A stretch of 64,000 bases of DNA from an uncultured Prevotellaceae bacterium (GCA_947168045.1 CAMVKN010000003.1:29071-93070), one strand, 5' to 3'. Positions 45,802-54,907 are shown, counted from the stretch's first letter. Notes: generated from the letters alone by a model not told the origin. Program-made: numbers and translations.

Positions 45802-45978
45802 ATGGAGAAATATGAGCAGATAAAAAGGGACATGGTAGAAGTGCAGTCCTTGTATGAAAACCATGACAGCATCATCGTTTGTCCCGTCTCGTCGGATATA
45901 CTCAGAAGTATGAAGATAATAGGGCAAAACATCAATCTGGATGTGATTACCCAAAGCAAGAACACACTGTTCTTTTAG
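45802..45978 (+). CDS. 58-aa ORF between csx1 and the CRISPR leader (below the ORF-track cutoff)
   Basis: Hand translation: MEKYEQIKRDMVEVQSLYENHDSIIVCPVSSDILRSMKIIGQNINLDVITQSKNTLFF. Same strand as the operon. No recognisable motif. Confidence 0.2.
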   Translation: MEKYEQIKRDMVEVQSLYENHDSIIVCPVSSDILRSMKIIGQNINLDVITQSKNTLFF

Positions 45979-45999
45979 TGAAGATTAACAAAAGAGCTC

Positions 46000-46030
46000 T
46001 TTGACATATTGTTTTTTATTCGTAACTTTG
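46000..46030 (+). promoter_or_regulatory. CRISPR leader promoter candidate
   Basis: TTTG (46000-46003), 19-nt spacer, TAACTTTG (46023-46030). It sits 100 nt upstream of the first repeat in an AT-rich leader. Confidence 0.55.
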
Positions 46031-46130
46031 CAGCCCCTAAGAAAAGGCCTTTTTTTAAGGCAAAAGCATTGCATTTGTTTGGCACATTGGAGAATAAATA
46101 ATTAATAATGAGGGATATATAGTATTTACC

Positions 46131-49100
46131 CTCATAGAGCATATTCCAATAGAATAAGGATTAAGACGTGAAGGAGTCTGTTTAACGGCAGGTCCTCGTC
46201 CACCTCATAGAGCATATTCCAATAGAATAAGGATTAAGACTCTCGCTGTGGCGGATCGGTGTTGAGATGTTGCGATTGCTCATAGAGCATATTCCAATAG
46301 AATAAGGATTAAGACTCCTTTACAGCGAGGTTAGTATTTTCTGTTTAGAATCTCATAGAGCATATTCCAATAGAATAAGGATTAAGACACAACGGAATAT
46401 AGACATGCTTGCGTCGTCAATCGTACTCATAGAGCATATTCCAATAGAATAAGGATTAAGACGAATTGTTTTATCAGCAAGGTTGACCTTAGCAATCCCT
46501 CATAGAGCATATTCCAATAGAATAAGGATTAAGACCCGTGACTTCGGTTGGTACAATGGCAATTTTCAGCCAGTTCTCATAGAGCATATTCCAATAGAAT
46601 AAGGATTAAGACACTCATACGGTACTCCTTGCCGATTCTGACTTGGAGTCTCATAGAGCATATTCCAATAGAATAAGGATTAAGACAACGTAGTTGCTCA
46701 CATCGGAGCCTTTCACAATGCTACTCTCATAGAGCATATTCCAATAGAATAAGGATTAAGACACGACATTGAAAGCACCGATAGAGCCGTTTGCCTTGAC
46801 ATCTCATAGAGCATATTCCAATAGAATAAGGATTAAGACGGATATTCATGTATGTACTCAATTATGTCATATATCTCATAGAGCATATTCCAATAGAATA
46901 AGGATTAAGACACGAAGATAGCGACCGAATTGCTCAGCATCTTTGCTGGCTCATAGAGCATATTCCAATAGAATAAGGATTAAGACCTATGGCTGCCTTG
47001 GCGTTGGGGCTGACATAGCCACTCATAGAGCATATTCCAATAGAATAAGGATTAAGACCTCTTCAGTTCTTCTTCTGATTTTGTTTTCATAATCTCTCAT
47101 AGAGCATATTCCAATAGAATAAGGATTAAGACCTTTGTATTAAGTGCGTCGTCCCAGGTAATCTCTGGTGACTCATAGAGCATATTCCAATAGAATAAGG
47201 ATTAAGACCTGGGTGTACCTCATCCCTAGCTTCTTCACGAACGCTCATAGAGCATATTCCAATAGAATAAGGATTAAGACTTTGTGTTTTCTTTAGTAAA
47301 CACAGGACAGTAGGCATTCTCATAGAGCATATTCCAATAGAATAAGGATTAAGACTTTTCCACTAGGATTTGAATGTAGAGTCCATTATCCGTCTCATAG
47401 AGCATATTCCAATAGAATAAGGATTAAGACTCGCTGTTAGCCTCAACGAAAGTGAAGTCAACGCTACTCATAGAGCATATTCCAATAGAATAAGGATTAA
47501 GACACTTTTGTTGTACTCGATGTTTGATTGGATTTGACCCCTCATAGAGCATATTCCAATAGAATAAGGATTAAGACGCATTATAATCCATTTGTTGACC
47601 CTTACAATGGTCCTCATAGAGCATATTCCAATAGAATAAGGATTAAGACCTGCTTAACCTCAATGCGTTCTACACCCTGAGCACGCTTCTCATAGAGCAT
47701 ATTCCAATAGAATAAGGATTAAGACGACTCTTTGCTCTTTGCCGACGCCAGCGCACTCTCTGCACTCATAGAGCATATTCCAATAGAATAAGGATTAAGA
47801 CAACGCTAATGGTAGCACCAGTGAGCAGCTTAATCCCTCATAGAGCATATTCCAATAGAATAAGGATTAAGACTTGAGAAAGGACATCGTACAACCACTT
47901 GTAGCACAATTCTCATAGAGCATATTCCAATAGAATAAGGATTAAGACTCAATTTCGAAGTTAACGCGTCCAACATACTTTTCACTATCCTCATAGAGCA
48001 TATTCCAATAGAATAAGGATTAAGACTTCAAGAGTATGTTCCCAGGTTGTGTCAAGAAGAGTTCCTCATAGAGCATATTCCAATAGAATAAGGATTAAGA
48101 CCGATGTCAGCATTGAGAGGATAAACTTGACGAGCCTCATAGAGCATATTCCAATAGAATAAGGATTAAGACTTAAAGCTACTATTAAGAACATAGTTTC
48201 AAAGGCTTTCTCATAGAGCATATTCCAATAGAATAAGGATTAAGACTCTTCAGAGTCTTTGTGTAGCCAGTGTTCTCGTAGGTATACTCATAGAGCATAT
48301 TCCAATAGAATAAGGATTAAGACCGGTCGTGCGTTTCGTTTGATTCTCTTAGTGCATCATCTCATAGAGCATATTCCAATAGAATAAGGATTAAGACCGA
48401 TTGCATTTGTCCATTCATATGTTAATCATTATTACTCATAGAGCATATTCCAATAGAATAAGGATTAAGACCCATTTGCTTGTGATTTTGGTTAGGTTGA
48501 TGGTTGCTCATAGAGCATATTCCAATAGAATAAGGATTAAGACATGTACGTGTTGAGTTCAATGACCTGAATATTACAGGCTCATAGAGCATATTCCAAT
48601 AGAATAAGGATTAAGACAATGAAATACTGCGTATATTTGCACTCCTCGCTCGTCTCATAGAGCATATTCCAATAGAATAAGGATTAAGACGCTTTCAGCT
48701 TACCGACGAGCATGTCGCCAAGATGGGTCTCATAGAGCATATTCCAATAGAATAAGGATTAAGACTTACGATAACCCTCGAATACCTTGAATTCGGGTAC
48801 TCATAGAGCATATTCCAATAGAATAAGGATTAAGACTTTGTATATTTAGAGTGAAACGTATAAACATGCAAAGCTCATAGAGCATATTCCAATAGAATAA
48901 GGATTAAGACAGGTCTGCTTCTTCGGGGTCAAAATCTTCTTCGGTTCTCTCATAGAGCATATTCCAATAGAATAAGGATTAAGACATGCTGACACTGACC
49001 AATCACAATGCCGACTGTCTCTCATAGAGCATATTCCAATAGAATAAGGATTAAGACACGTAATTCGTTGTAGATGTCGCGCCATGCCTCATTCCTCATA

Positions 49101-50013
49101 GAGCATATTCCAATAGAATAAGGATTAAGACAGCATTGGTCCGCCGTTGTTGCCTTTGAGCGCATCTCATAGAGCATATTCCAATAGAATAAGGATTAAG
49201 ACGTTCTTTGCCTTGCGAACACTGTGTACTTGTGCCATGCTCATAGAGCATATTCCAATAGAATAAGGATTAAGACTTAAATCGAATGTGAGCGTGTAGG
49301 GTTGATTCGACCCACTCATAGAGCATATTCCAATAGAATAAGGATTAAGACGCAGGCGGTGTGACAGGCGGCTGGTTACCTGCAGGCTCATAGAGCATAT
49401 TCCAATAGAATAAGGATTAAGACACAGTCCCAAAGATACGTGTAGTCGTTTCTGCTTGTTTCTCATAGAGCATATTCCAATAGAATAAGGATTAAGACAG
49501 CCGAAATTGCCTTCCGACCCGTACTTGCAACTGCCACTCATAGAGCATATTCCAATAGAATAAGGATTAAGACAAGAGTTCGTTGCTTTTACTGAGTAAA
49601 GCATCCCTCATAGAGCATATCCCAATAGAATAAGGATTAAGACAGCTGTGGGAACTCTCTTAAACGGCGAGCTGCCACAAACTCATAGAGCATATTCCAA
49701 TAGAATAAGGATTAAGACCGCCCAGAGAAGTCGTATACTACTTTTGGTTTCATGAGCTCACAGAGCATATTCCAATAGAATAAGGATTAAGACTTTGCGT
49801 GTTCACACTGTCCAATGACAATACCGACCGTCTCACAGAGCATATTCCAAATAGAATAAGGATTAAGACTCAAACCAAGTTTATAAAAGTACTCAGTAGC
49901 TTCCTCACAGAGCATATTCCAATAGAATAAGGATTAAGACGAGGAAGGTCACTACGTTTATGTTCAGATTTAATATCTCACAGAGCATATTCCAATAGAA
50001 TAAGGATTAAGAC
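46131..50013 (+). CRISPR. CRISPR array, 53 repeats / 52 spacers
   Basis: 37-nt repeat CTCATAGAGCATATTCCAATAGAATAAGGATTAAGAC with a central TATTC-CAATA-GAATA hairpin and an 8-nt 3' tag ATTAAGAC. Spacers are 33-41 nt. The leader-distal end has degenerate repeats: T->C at 49607-49643, CTCACAGAGC from 49757, and a 1-nt insertion in the repeat at 49832. Confidence 0.97.
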
Positions 50014-50097
50014 ATGTTGGGAGCCATTCTTCTTGAGTTACCGTAGGAACACAAGAAAGGCCAGAAAGGTTCCAACATTTAACTCATTGAAGACCCG

Positions 50098-50140
50098 AAA
50101 AACGGTTCTAAATAGAACGGAACCGTTCGCAAGATTATTT
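50098..50140 (+). terminator. Hairpin after array (terminator or operator candidate)
   Basis: AACGGTTC (50101-50108) pairs with GAACCGTT (50120-50127), followed by ATTATTTTCC. Confidence 0.3.
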
Positions 50141-50252
50141 TCCTTGCAAGGTTGCGAAAATCGTCTTAACTTTGCAGCGTCAATCATCGATACCACCTCG
50201 TGATTGATGCTGCAAATGCTTAGTGGTGGTAACCTGAAACTAAACAACAACT

Positions 50253-50699
50253 ATGATGAACACCGCACTCCAGACCATCGCCGCCAAGGCACTGCCAGCC
50301 CTCTCGGGCGAGTCACTCACCTACAACGCCGCTAAGAACGTGTTCCTGACGCTGGGCTACACCAGTGCGGCAGGCAACATGTACTACAAGGCGGTGCGGC
50401 TGTCGAACCGTCTGGTGGTGTACTATGAGCTGGGGCAGGGCTATGCCTACACCTTCCTGAACGGCATCAAGCTGTTCTGCTTCGATGGACCTAAGACCCG
50501 GCTCATCGCCCAGAAGTCGTGGGGTGGCTGCGACTACCGCATCTTCAGCGAGCAGTACGCCAAGGAGCAGAGCATCCTGATGCTGAAGGGCTTCCTGGAG
50601 GGGCAGCTGAAGCTACAGGGAGCACGCATCAACGAGCAGGACCTCGCCAGCTTTGCAAGGGGCATGGTGGAGGAGACGCAACACAAGCAGCTTGCTTGA
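50253..50699 (+). CDS. Hypothetical protein, paralog A
   Basis: 148 aa. Shares the layout Y..L..G.a.tfl.GI.L..F.G....LI....y......F..q...q..L.g.l.......i....l with the next gene. Confidence 0.5.
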   Translation: MMNTALQTIAAKALPALSGESLTYNAAKNVFLTLGYTSAAGNMYYKAVRLSNRLVVYYELGQGYAYTFLNGIKLFCFDGPKTRLIAQKSWGGCDYRIFSEQYAKEQSILMLKGFLEGQLKLQGARINEQDLASFARGMVEETQHKQLA

Positions 50700-50760
50700 A
50701 ATGCTTCCGCACAACAAAACATTCTTCACACATGTCTAACCAACAAAAAACAACAAGACA

Positions 50761-51267
50761 ATGGCTACACTGACCAAGGCAATCAACAAGAACCTGTTCG
50801 ACAGCATCCTGCCGACATTCGGCAATCCGCGCGTCCACGTCCCCGTCTGGGACGAGGGGCAGAAGATGTTCATCTGCGACGAGTACGAGAGTGCCAGCGG
50901 ACACCGCTACATTCGCGGCATCCGCTTCTGCGACCGCATCGTCATCCTGGAGAAGGTGGGGCTGTACCACAGCTGGACCTACATCGACGGCATCGAGCTC
51001 TATGCCTTCAACGGGCAGAAGATGGAGCTCATCCAGAAGCGGGACTATGACAAGGAGTTCCGCAGCGAGGCCTTCGTCCGCCAGGAGTCGGAGCAGATGG
51101 TCAGGGAGTACCTGACTGGCGTGATGAAGATGCAGCGCATCAGCGTGCCGGCAGAGCAGGTCGCCTTGCAGGCGCAGGAGCTGGTCAGCGGATGCTACAA
51201 GAGCTTCCTCGACCCCGACTACAACACACGTCTCACCCAAATACTCCCCAAACTGGAGCAGCACTAA
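50761..51267 (+). CDS. Hypothetical protein, paralog B
   Basis: 168 aa. It can be aligned by eye to paralog A: WTYIDGIELYAFNGQKMELIQKRDY vs YTFLNGIKLFCFDGPKTRLIAQKSW. Confidence 0.5.
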   Translation: MATLTKAINKNLFDSILPTFGNPRVHVPVWDEGQKMFICDEYESASGHRYIRGIRFCDRIVILEKVGLYHSWTYIDGIELYAFNGQKMELIQKRDYDKEFRSEAFVRQESEQMVREYLTGVMKMQRISVPAEQVALQAQELVSGCYKSFLDPDYNTRLTQILPKLEQH

Positions 51268-51268
51268 G

Positions 51269-53329
51269 ATGATGGAGCACATGATTGACACAGAGAACAG
51301 ACAGCAGGTGATGGCTTTCGAACTGATAGCCAACACGAACAGTAGCTTCTTCCTGACCGGCAGGGCAGGAACGGGTAAGACTACCTTCCTGCGCAAGGTG
51401 CAGCAGCTGGTGCCAAAGCAGTTTGTCACCTTGGCACCGACGGGTGTAGCGGCCATCCTGGCTGGAGGGGACACCATCCACTCGTTCTTCGGGCTTCCGA
51501 TGGATGTCTGTACGCCTGGCACGATGGGAAAGATGAGCGAAGCACGCATCCAGACGCTGCTCCACACCGACACCATCATCATTGATGAAGTGTCAATGGT
51601 GCGCTGTGACATCATAGATGCCATCGACTACACGATGCGAAAGACGCTGCGCTCCATGCAGCCCTTCGGTGGCAAGCAGGTCATCTTCGTGGGCGACATG
51701 TTCCAGTTGCCGCCAGTGGCTAAGCGTGGGGCTGAGGGAGACCTGATGCACGACCTCTACCACACGGATGACTTCTTCTTTTACAAGGCTGACGTCATCA
51801 AGCGGCTGAGGCTGGTGAAGATTGAGTTCCAGAAGGTGTATCGTCAGGAGGACGAGCAGTTTCTGCAGATACTGGAGAACGTGCGTCTGAACAAGACCAC
51901 GCCCGAGAACCTGATGCACCTGAACGAGCGCGTCTGCCAGCCCACGAAGAAGGACGGGATGGTCATCACGCTGTCATCGCTCAACAGGTCGGCTGATACT
52001 ATCAACCAGCAGCGGTTGGCAGAGATTGACAGCGAGGAGTACACCTACGAGGGTACGGTGCAGGGGAAGTTCGAGGAGAAGCGGTTTCCTGTGGACCTGA
52101 CCCTGAAGCTGAAGGTGGGCGCGCAGGTGATGTTCACCCGCAATGACCAGCAGAAGCGGTGGGTGAACGGCACTATCGGCACCGTGACGAAGCTGACGAA
52201 GGACGAGATACAGGTGACGACGGACGGCGGCGATGCCTACGCCGTGCCCTGCTGCTCATGGGAGTCGTACAGCTATGAGTACGACCGCGAGAGCCGCAAG
52301 ATGAAGAAGGAGCTGAAGGGCACCTTTACGCAGTATCCGCTCCGCCTGGCATGGGCCATCACCGTGCACAAGAGTCAGGGTATGACCTTCGACAAGCTCT
52401 ACCTGGACCTGAGTCGCGGTATGTTTGCCGCCGGGCAGCTCTATGTGGCGCTGAGCCGTGTGCGCTCATTGGGTGGACTGTACCTCTCGCGCCCCATCAT
52501 TCCGCAGTATGCCCATACCAGCCGGGAGGTGCTGGCCTACGCCAATGGCTACAATGACGAGCAGATCATCAACAGCGAGATAGAGAGCGGCAAGGCGGTG
52601 TACGAGTTGCTGAGCCATCACGACTACGATGAGGCAGCCAGGCAGTATCTGCTGCTGGTGCAGAAGAAGGCAGCCGATGGTGACATCAAGGAGGCCATGC
52701 AGCAGGCGAAGCGGTTCCTCGATACCGTCATCTGCGACGAGGAGCTGTTTGGCTGCATCAGCGAGGTGCCGACATCGCTGACGGAGGCTAACCACTGGGC
52801 GCCGCGGTTCTTGGTGGCACTGCTGAGCCTCTATGGGGGACAGTATGAGCAGGCCTTGCAGTATGTAGACAGCGTATTGGAGCAGCACCAGTGCCAGGAG
52901 GCGCTCTATGTGAAGTCGCGCTGTCTGACCATGCTGGAGCGCTATCAGGAGGCTGATGCCGTGAACGTGCTGATGGGCGACGTGTTCGACATGTCAACAC
53001 CCGACGCAAAGGTGCTCTACTCCATAGCCATGCTCAACGAGCTGCACATCGGGGACCCTGGGCTGAACCTGATGCAGGAGTTGGTCAAGGCCAAGCCTAA
53101 GTATGACAAGGGCATCCTGTCGCTCCGTCTGCTGATGAAGCGGAAGGGTCTGGTGCTGGTGAAGACATCGGCCGAGCCACGGGAGCTGGTGGACGACTTC
53201 AACAGCGACATGTCTGAACAGGAGTTTGCCCTGAAGCTACAAACCGCTCGCGAGAAAGCTCCCAAGGCCGTGGACTACCTGCTTCGACTGATTAGGAAGC
53301 AGGAGTTTCCTTCTCCCTCTCAAACTTGA
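51269..53329 (+). CDS. Pif1/RecD-like SF1B helicase with C-terminal TPR-like region
   Basis: Motifs LTGRAGTGKTTFL, IIIDEVSM, VIFVGDMFQLPPV, AITVHKSQGMTFD and LYVALSRVRSLGGLYL. The C-terminal ~230 aa are helical repeats (YDEAARQYLLLVQKK, GQYEQALQYVDSVLE). Confidence 0.8.
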   Translation: MMEHMIDTENRQQVMAFELIANTNSSFFLTGRAGTGKTTFLRKVQQLVPKQFVTLAPTGVAAILAGGDTIHSFFGLPMDVCTPGTMGKMSEARIQTLLHTDTIIIDEVSMVRCDIIDAIDYTMRKTLRSMQPFGGKQVIFVGDMFQLPPVAKRGAEGDLMHDLYHTDDFFFYKADVIKRLRLVKIEFQKVYRQEDEQFLQILENVRLNKTTPENLMHLNERVCQPTKKDGMVITLSSLNRSADTINQQRLAEIDSEEYTYEGTVQGKFEEKRFPVDLTLKLKVGAQVMFTRNDQQKRWVNGTIGTVTKLTKDEIQVTTDGGDAYAVPCCSWESYSYEYDRESRKMKKELKGTFTQYPLRLAWAITVHKSQGMTFDKLYLDLSRGMFAAGQLYVALSRVRSLGGLYLSRPIIPQYAHTSREVLAYANGYNDEQIINSEIESGKAVYELLSHHDYDEAARQYLLLVQKKAADGDIKEAMQQAKRFLDTVICDEELFGCISEVPTSLTEANHWAPRFLVALLSLYGGQYEQALQYVDSVLEQHQCQEALYVKSRCLTMLERYQEADAVNVLMGDVFDMSTPDAKVLYSIAMLNELHIGDPGLNLMQELVKAKPKYDKGILSLRLLMKRKGLVLVKTSAEPRELVDDFNSDMSEQEFALKLQTAREKAPKAVDYLLRLIRKQEFPSPSQT

Positions 53330-53395
53330 TGTCCTGGTAGAGGGCGGGCTTGCCCTTGGCGCAGTCGGACAGGAAGTGGAGGCTGGGCTGTGTTG
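53300..53395 (-). pseudogene. Remnant of the 3' end of an HU-like gene
   Basis: Minus-strand translation reads ...LHFLSDCAKGKPALYQDIKFEREKE. The intact HU-like C-terminus reads LHFLPESAKGKPALYQNIKFEREKE. No upstream part remains. Confidence 0.6.
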
Positions 53396-53397
53396 TT

Positions 53398-54402
53398 TCA
53401 AGATGGTGATTCTTCTTCAAGACCGAAGGAATCTACCAAAAATTTGACGGCCTTGTTATCCTCTCCTAAGTCTTTGAGACGGACAGGCTTTGAGCCAAAA
53501 CGGCTTTTACTCTCTATAATACCTGTCTCTTGATGGTAGTCCAGAAAGAAGCTGCCCAATGGCTTTAGAGCATTCTTCCGTACTATGATTTCAATCAGCC
53601 CATGCAAATCGCGACCAGTCTCAGTTTGATAGATATGATAATACTCAGGACGATAAACCATCATGACAACATCAGCAAGTTCCTCGATATAGCTTGAGTC
53701 TGCCAAATCCGTCAGCTGCGGTCGCCTACCCTCGAATCCCTCGCGATATTCTATCTCCCTGCCCAACATCGACCCCACAACAACAGGCACATCGTTTAGG
53801 GTGGCCAGCTGTTTCAGTGAGTACATCACTTTTGCAATTCTCTCTGAAGGACTCCCGCCTTCTTTTGCAAAGTCTATCATTTGCAGGCAGTCGACGAAAA
53901 TGATTCTTATGCCGTTTTCTCTGATGCAGTTCTGCGCCGTTTCAAGTAATGTATCTAATGGTAAATCCAAACTGTCATGAACAAACAGTGGCGCATCCAA
54001 CAAAGTTCCCAGTCGTTTGTCCAGCCTTTCCCATTCGCATTCTTCCAGATACCCCTTATGTAGGTGCAGCGTGGGAATGTCACAGTGCATGGCCAACAAT
54101 TGCTGTATATAGTCTGACTTCAGATGATTGGTAGAGAACAACAATGCGGGTAGTTTGCTCTTCAAGACAATGCCTAATAGCATTGACAACATAAACTCTT
54201 CTTTTCCCATACATGGCCTGCTGCCAACGACATATACCTTGCCATTCTCGAAACCACCAGTCAGGTCATCTAATCCCCGATGGCCCATAGGAATTCCGGG
54301 CACACCCATTCTTCCTGCCCTTTCATGGAAACCAGGCAAGTAATCCATCAACATCTCCCGCATGCTGACATAGCTTTTGTTATTTAAGATTTGTCCACGC
54401 AT
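53398..54402 (-). CDS. DnaB C-terminal domain-only protein with variant Walker A
   Basis: GLDDLTGGFENGKVYVVGSRPCMGKEEF (GKE instead of GKT/S), IIFVDCLQMI, and PQLTDLADSSYIEELADVVMMVYRPEYY. Visibly AT-richer than its flanks. Confidence 0.65.
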   Translation of the reverse strand: MRGQILNNKSYVSMREMLMDYLPGFHERAGRMGVPGIPMGHRGLDDLTGGFENGKVYVVGSRPCMGKEEFMLSMLLGIVLKSKLPALLFSTNHLKSDYIQQLLAMHCDIPTLHLHKGYLEECEWERLDKRLGTLLDAPLFVHDSLDLPLDTLLETAQNCIRENGIRIIFVDCLQMIDFAKEGGSPSERIAKVMYSLKQLATLNDVPVVVGSMLGREIEYREGFEGRRPQLTDLADSSYIEELADVVMMVYRPEYYHIYQTETGRDLHGLIEIIVRKNALKPLGSFFLDYHQETGIIESKSRFGSKPVRLKDLGEDNKAVKFLVDSFGLEEESPS

Positions 54403-54405
54403 TTT

Positions 54406-54798
54406 CTACCCCCTCTCCTTTTCTCTCTCAAACTTGATGTTCTGGTAGAGGGCGGGCTTGCCCTTGGCACTCTCGGGCAGGAAGTGGAGGCGGACGCCAC
54501 GGAGATGCTTGCGGGGACTGAAGTCCTCGGCATGGGCTACCTTGTCGCTTTCTATCTCCAGCTTCATCAGGCCCCAGCTGTCAAGGCGTACCTTGTCACC
54601 CTGGCGCAGGTGACGAGCGATGGCAGACGAGAGACCCATCATCACGGCGGTGACAGTGCCTTCGCTGAGACCTTCGTGACGGGACACCTCCTGGATAATC
54701 TGACGTGTGTCAACGGTCTGGCCATGGACGGCCACGGCCTTGTATCTGCCAAATGTTGCAAGCGTTGGCTTGGTCTCTTTCTTCAATTTGTATTTCAT
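54406..54798 (-). CDS. HU-family (Bacteroidales long HU-like) DNA-binding protein
   Basis: 130 aa. RYKAVAVHGQTVDTRQIIQEVS...GTVTAVMMGLSSAIARHLRQGDKVRLDSWG has the typical layout. Sits in the usual position next to a VirE-like gene. Confidence 0.65.
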   Translation of the reverse strand: MKYKLKKETKPTLATFGRYKAVAVHGQTVDTRQIIQEVSRHEGLSEGTVTAVMMGLSSAIARHLRQGDKVRLDSWGLMKLEIESDKVAHAEDFSPRKHLRGVRLHFLPESAKGKPALYQNIKFEREKERG

Positions 54799-54809
54799 AT
54801 TACTGTGTT

Positions 54810-54907
54810 TTTTGTTTTTAGGGTGTCAGGGTGACAGAACAGCTGTAAACACTGGGGCTGCACCCTGTTTTTGAGGGTGACAAGGGTGACAGGAGGGTGA
54901 CAGGTTG
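54810..54907. repeat. Left arm of ~97-nt inverted repeat rich in GGGTGACA/TGTCACCC
   Basis: Its reverse complement matches 57253-57350 with 4 mismatches, counted by hand. Confidence 0.9.

Noticed and set aside
47126-49604. Minus-strand ORFs of 65-145 aa inside the CRISPR array (47126-47323, 48846-49085, 49167-49604) with the recurring peptide LNPYSIGICSM.
   Set aside because: The recurring peptide is just the translated 37-nt repeat. The ORFs exist only because that frame lacks stops across repeats and some spacers.
50038-50250. 70-aa minus-strand ORF just after the array.
   Set aside because: It has no upstream signals, lies in a region full of hairpins and promoter-like boxes for the plus strand, and has a composition typical of a chance ORF.
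50253-51267. Whether the two small genes after the array could be divergent Cas2/Cas1 or other adaptation proteins.
   Set aside because: Their sizes and sequences show no Cas1 acidic catalytic pattern or Cas2 ferredoxin-like N-terminal Asp motif. They are mutual paralogs and lie in the GC-rich block, not in the island.
50629-51624. 331-aa minus-strand ORF across the paralog genes and the helicase start, and the 576-aa plus-strand ORF 55094-56824 opposite the virE-like gene.
   Set aside because: These are antisense shadows in GC-rich DNA. The opposite-strand genes carry Walker motifs and sensible domain order.
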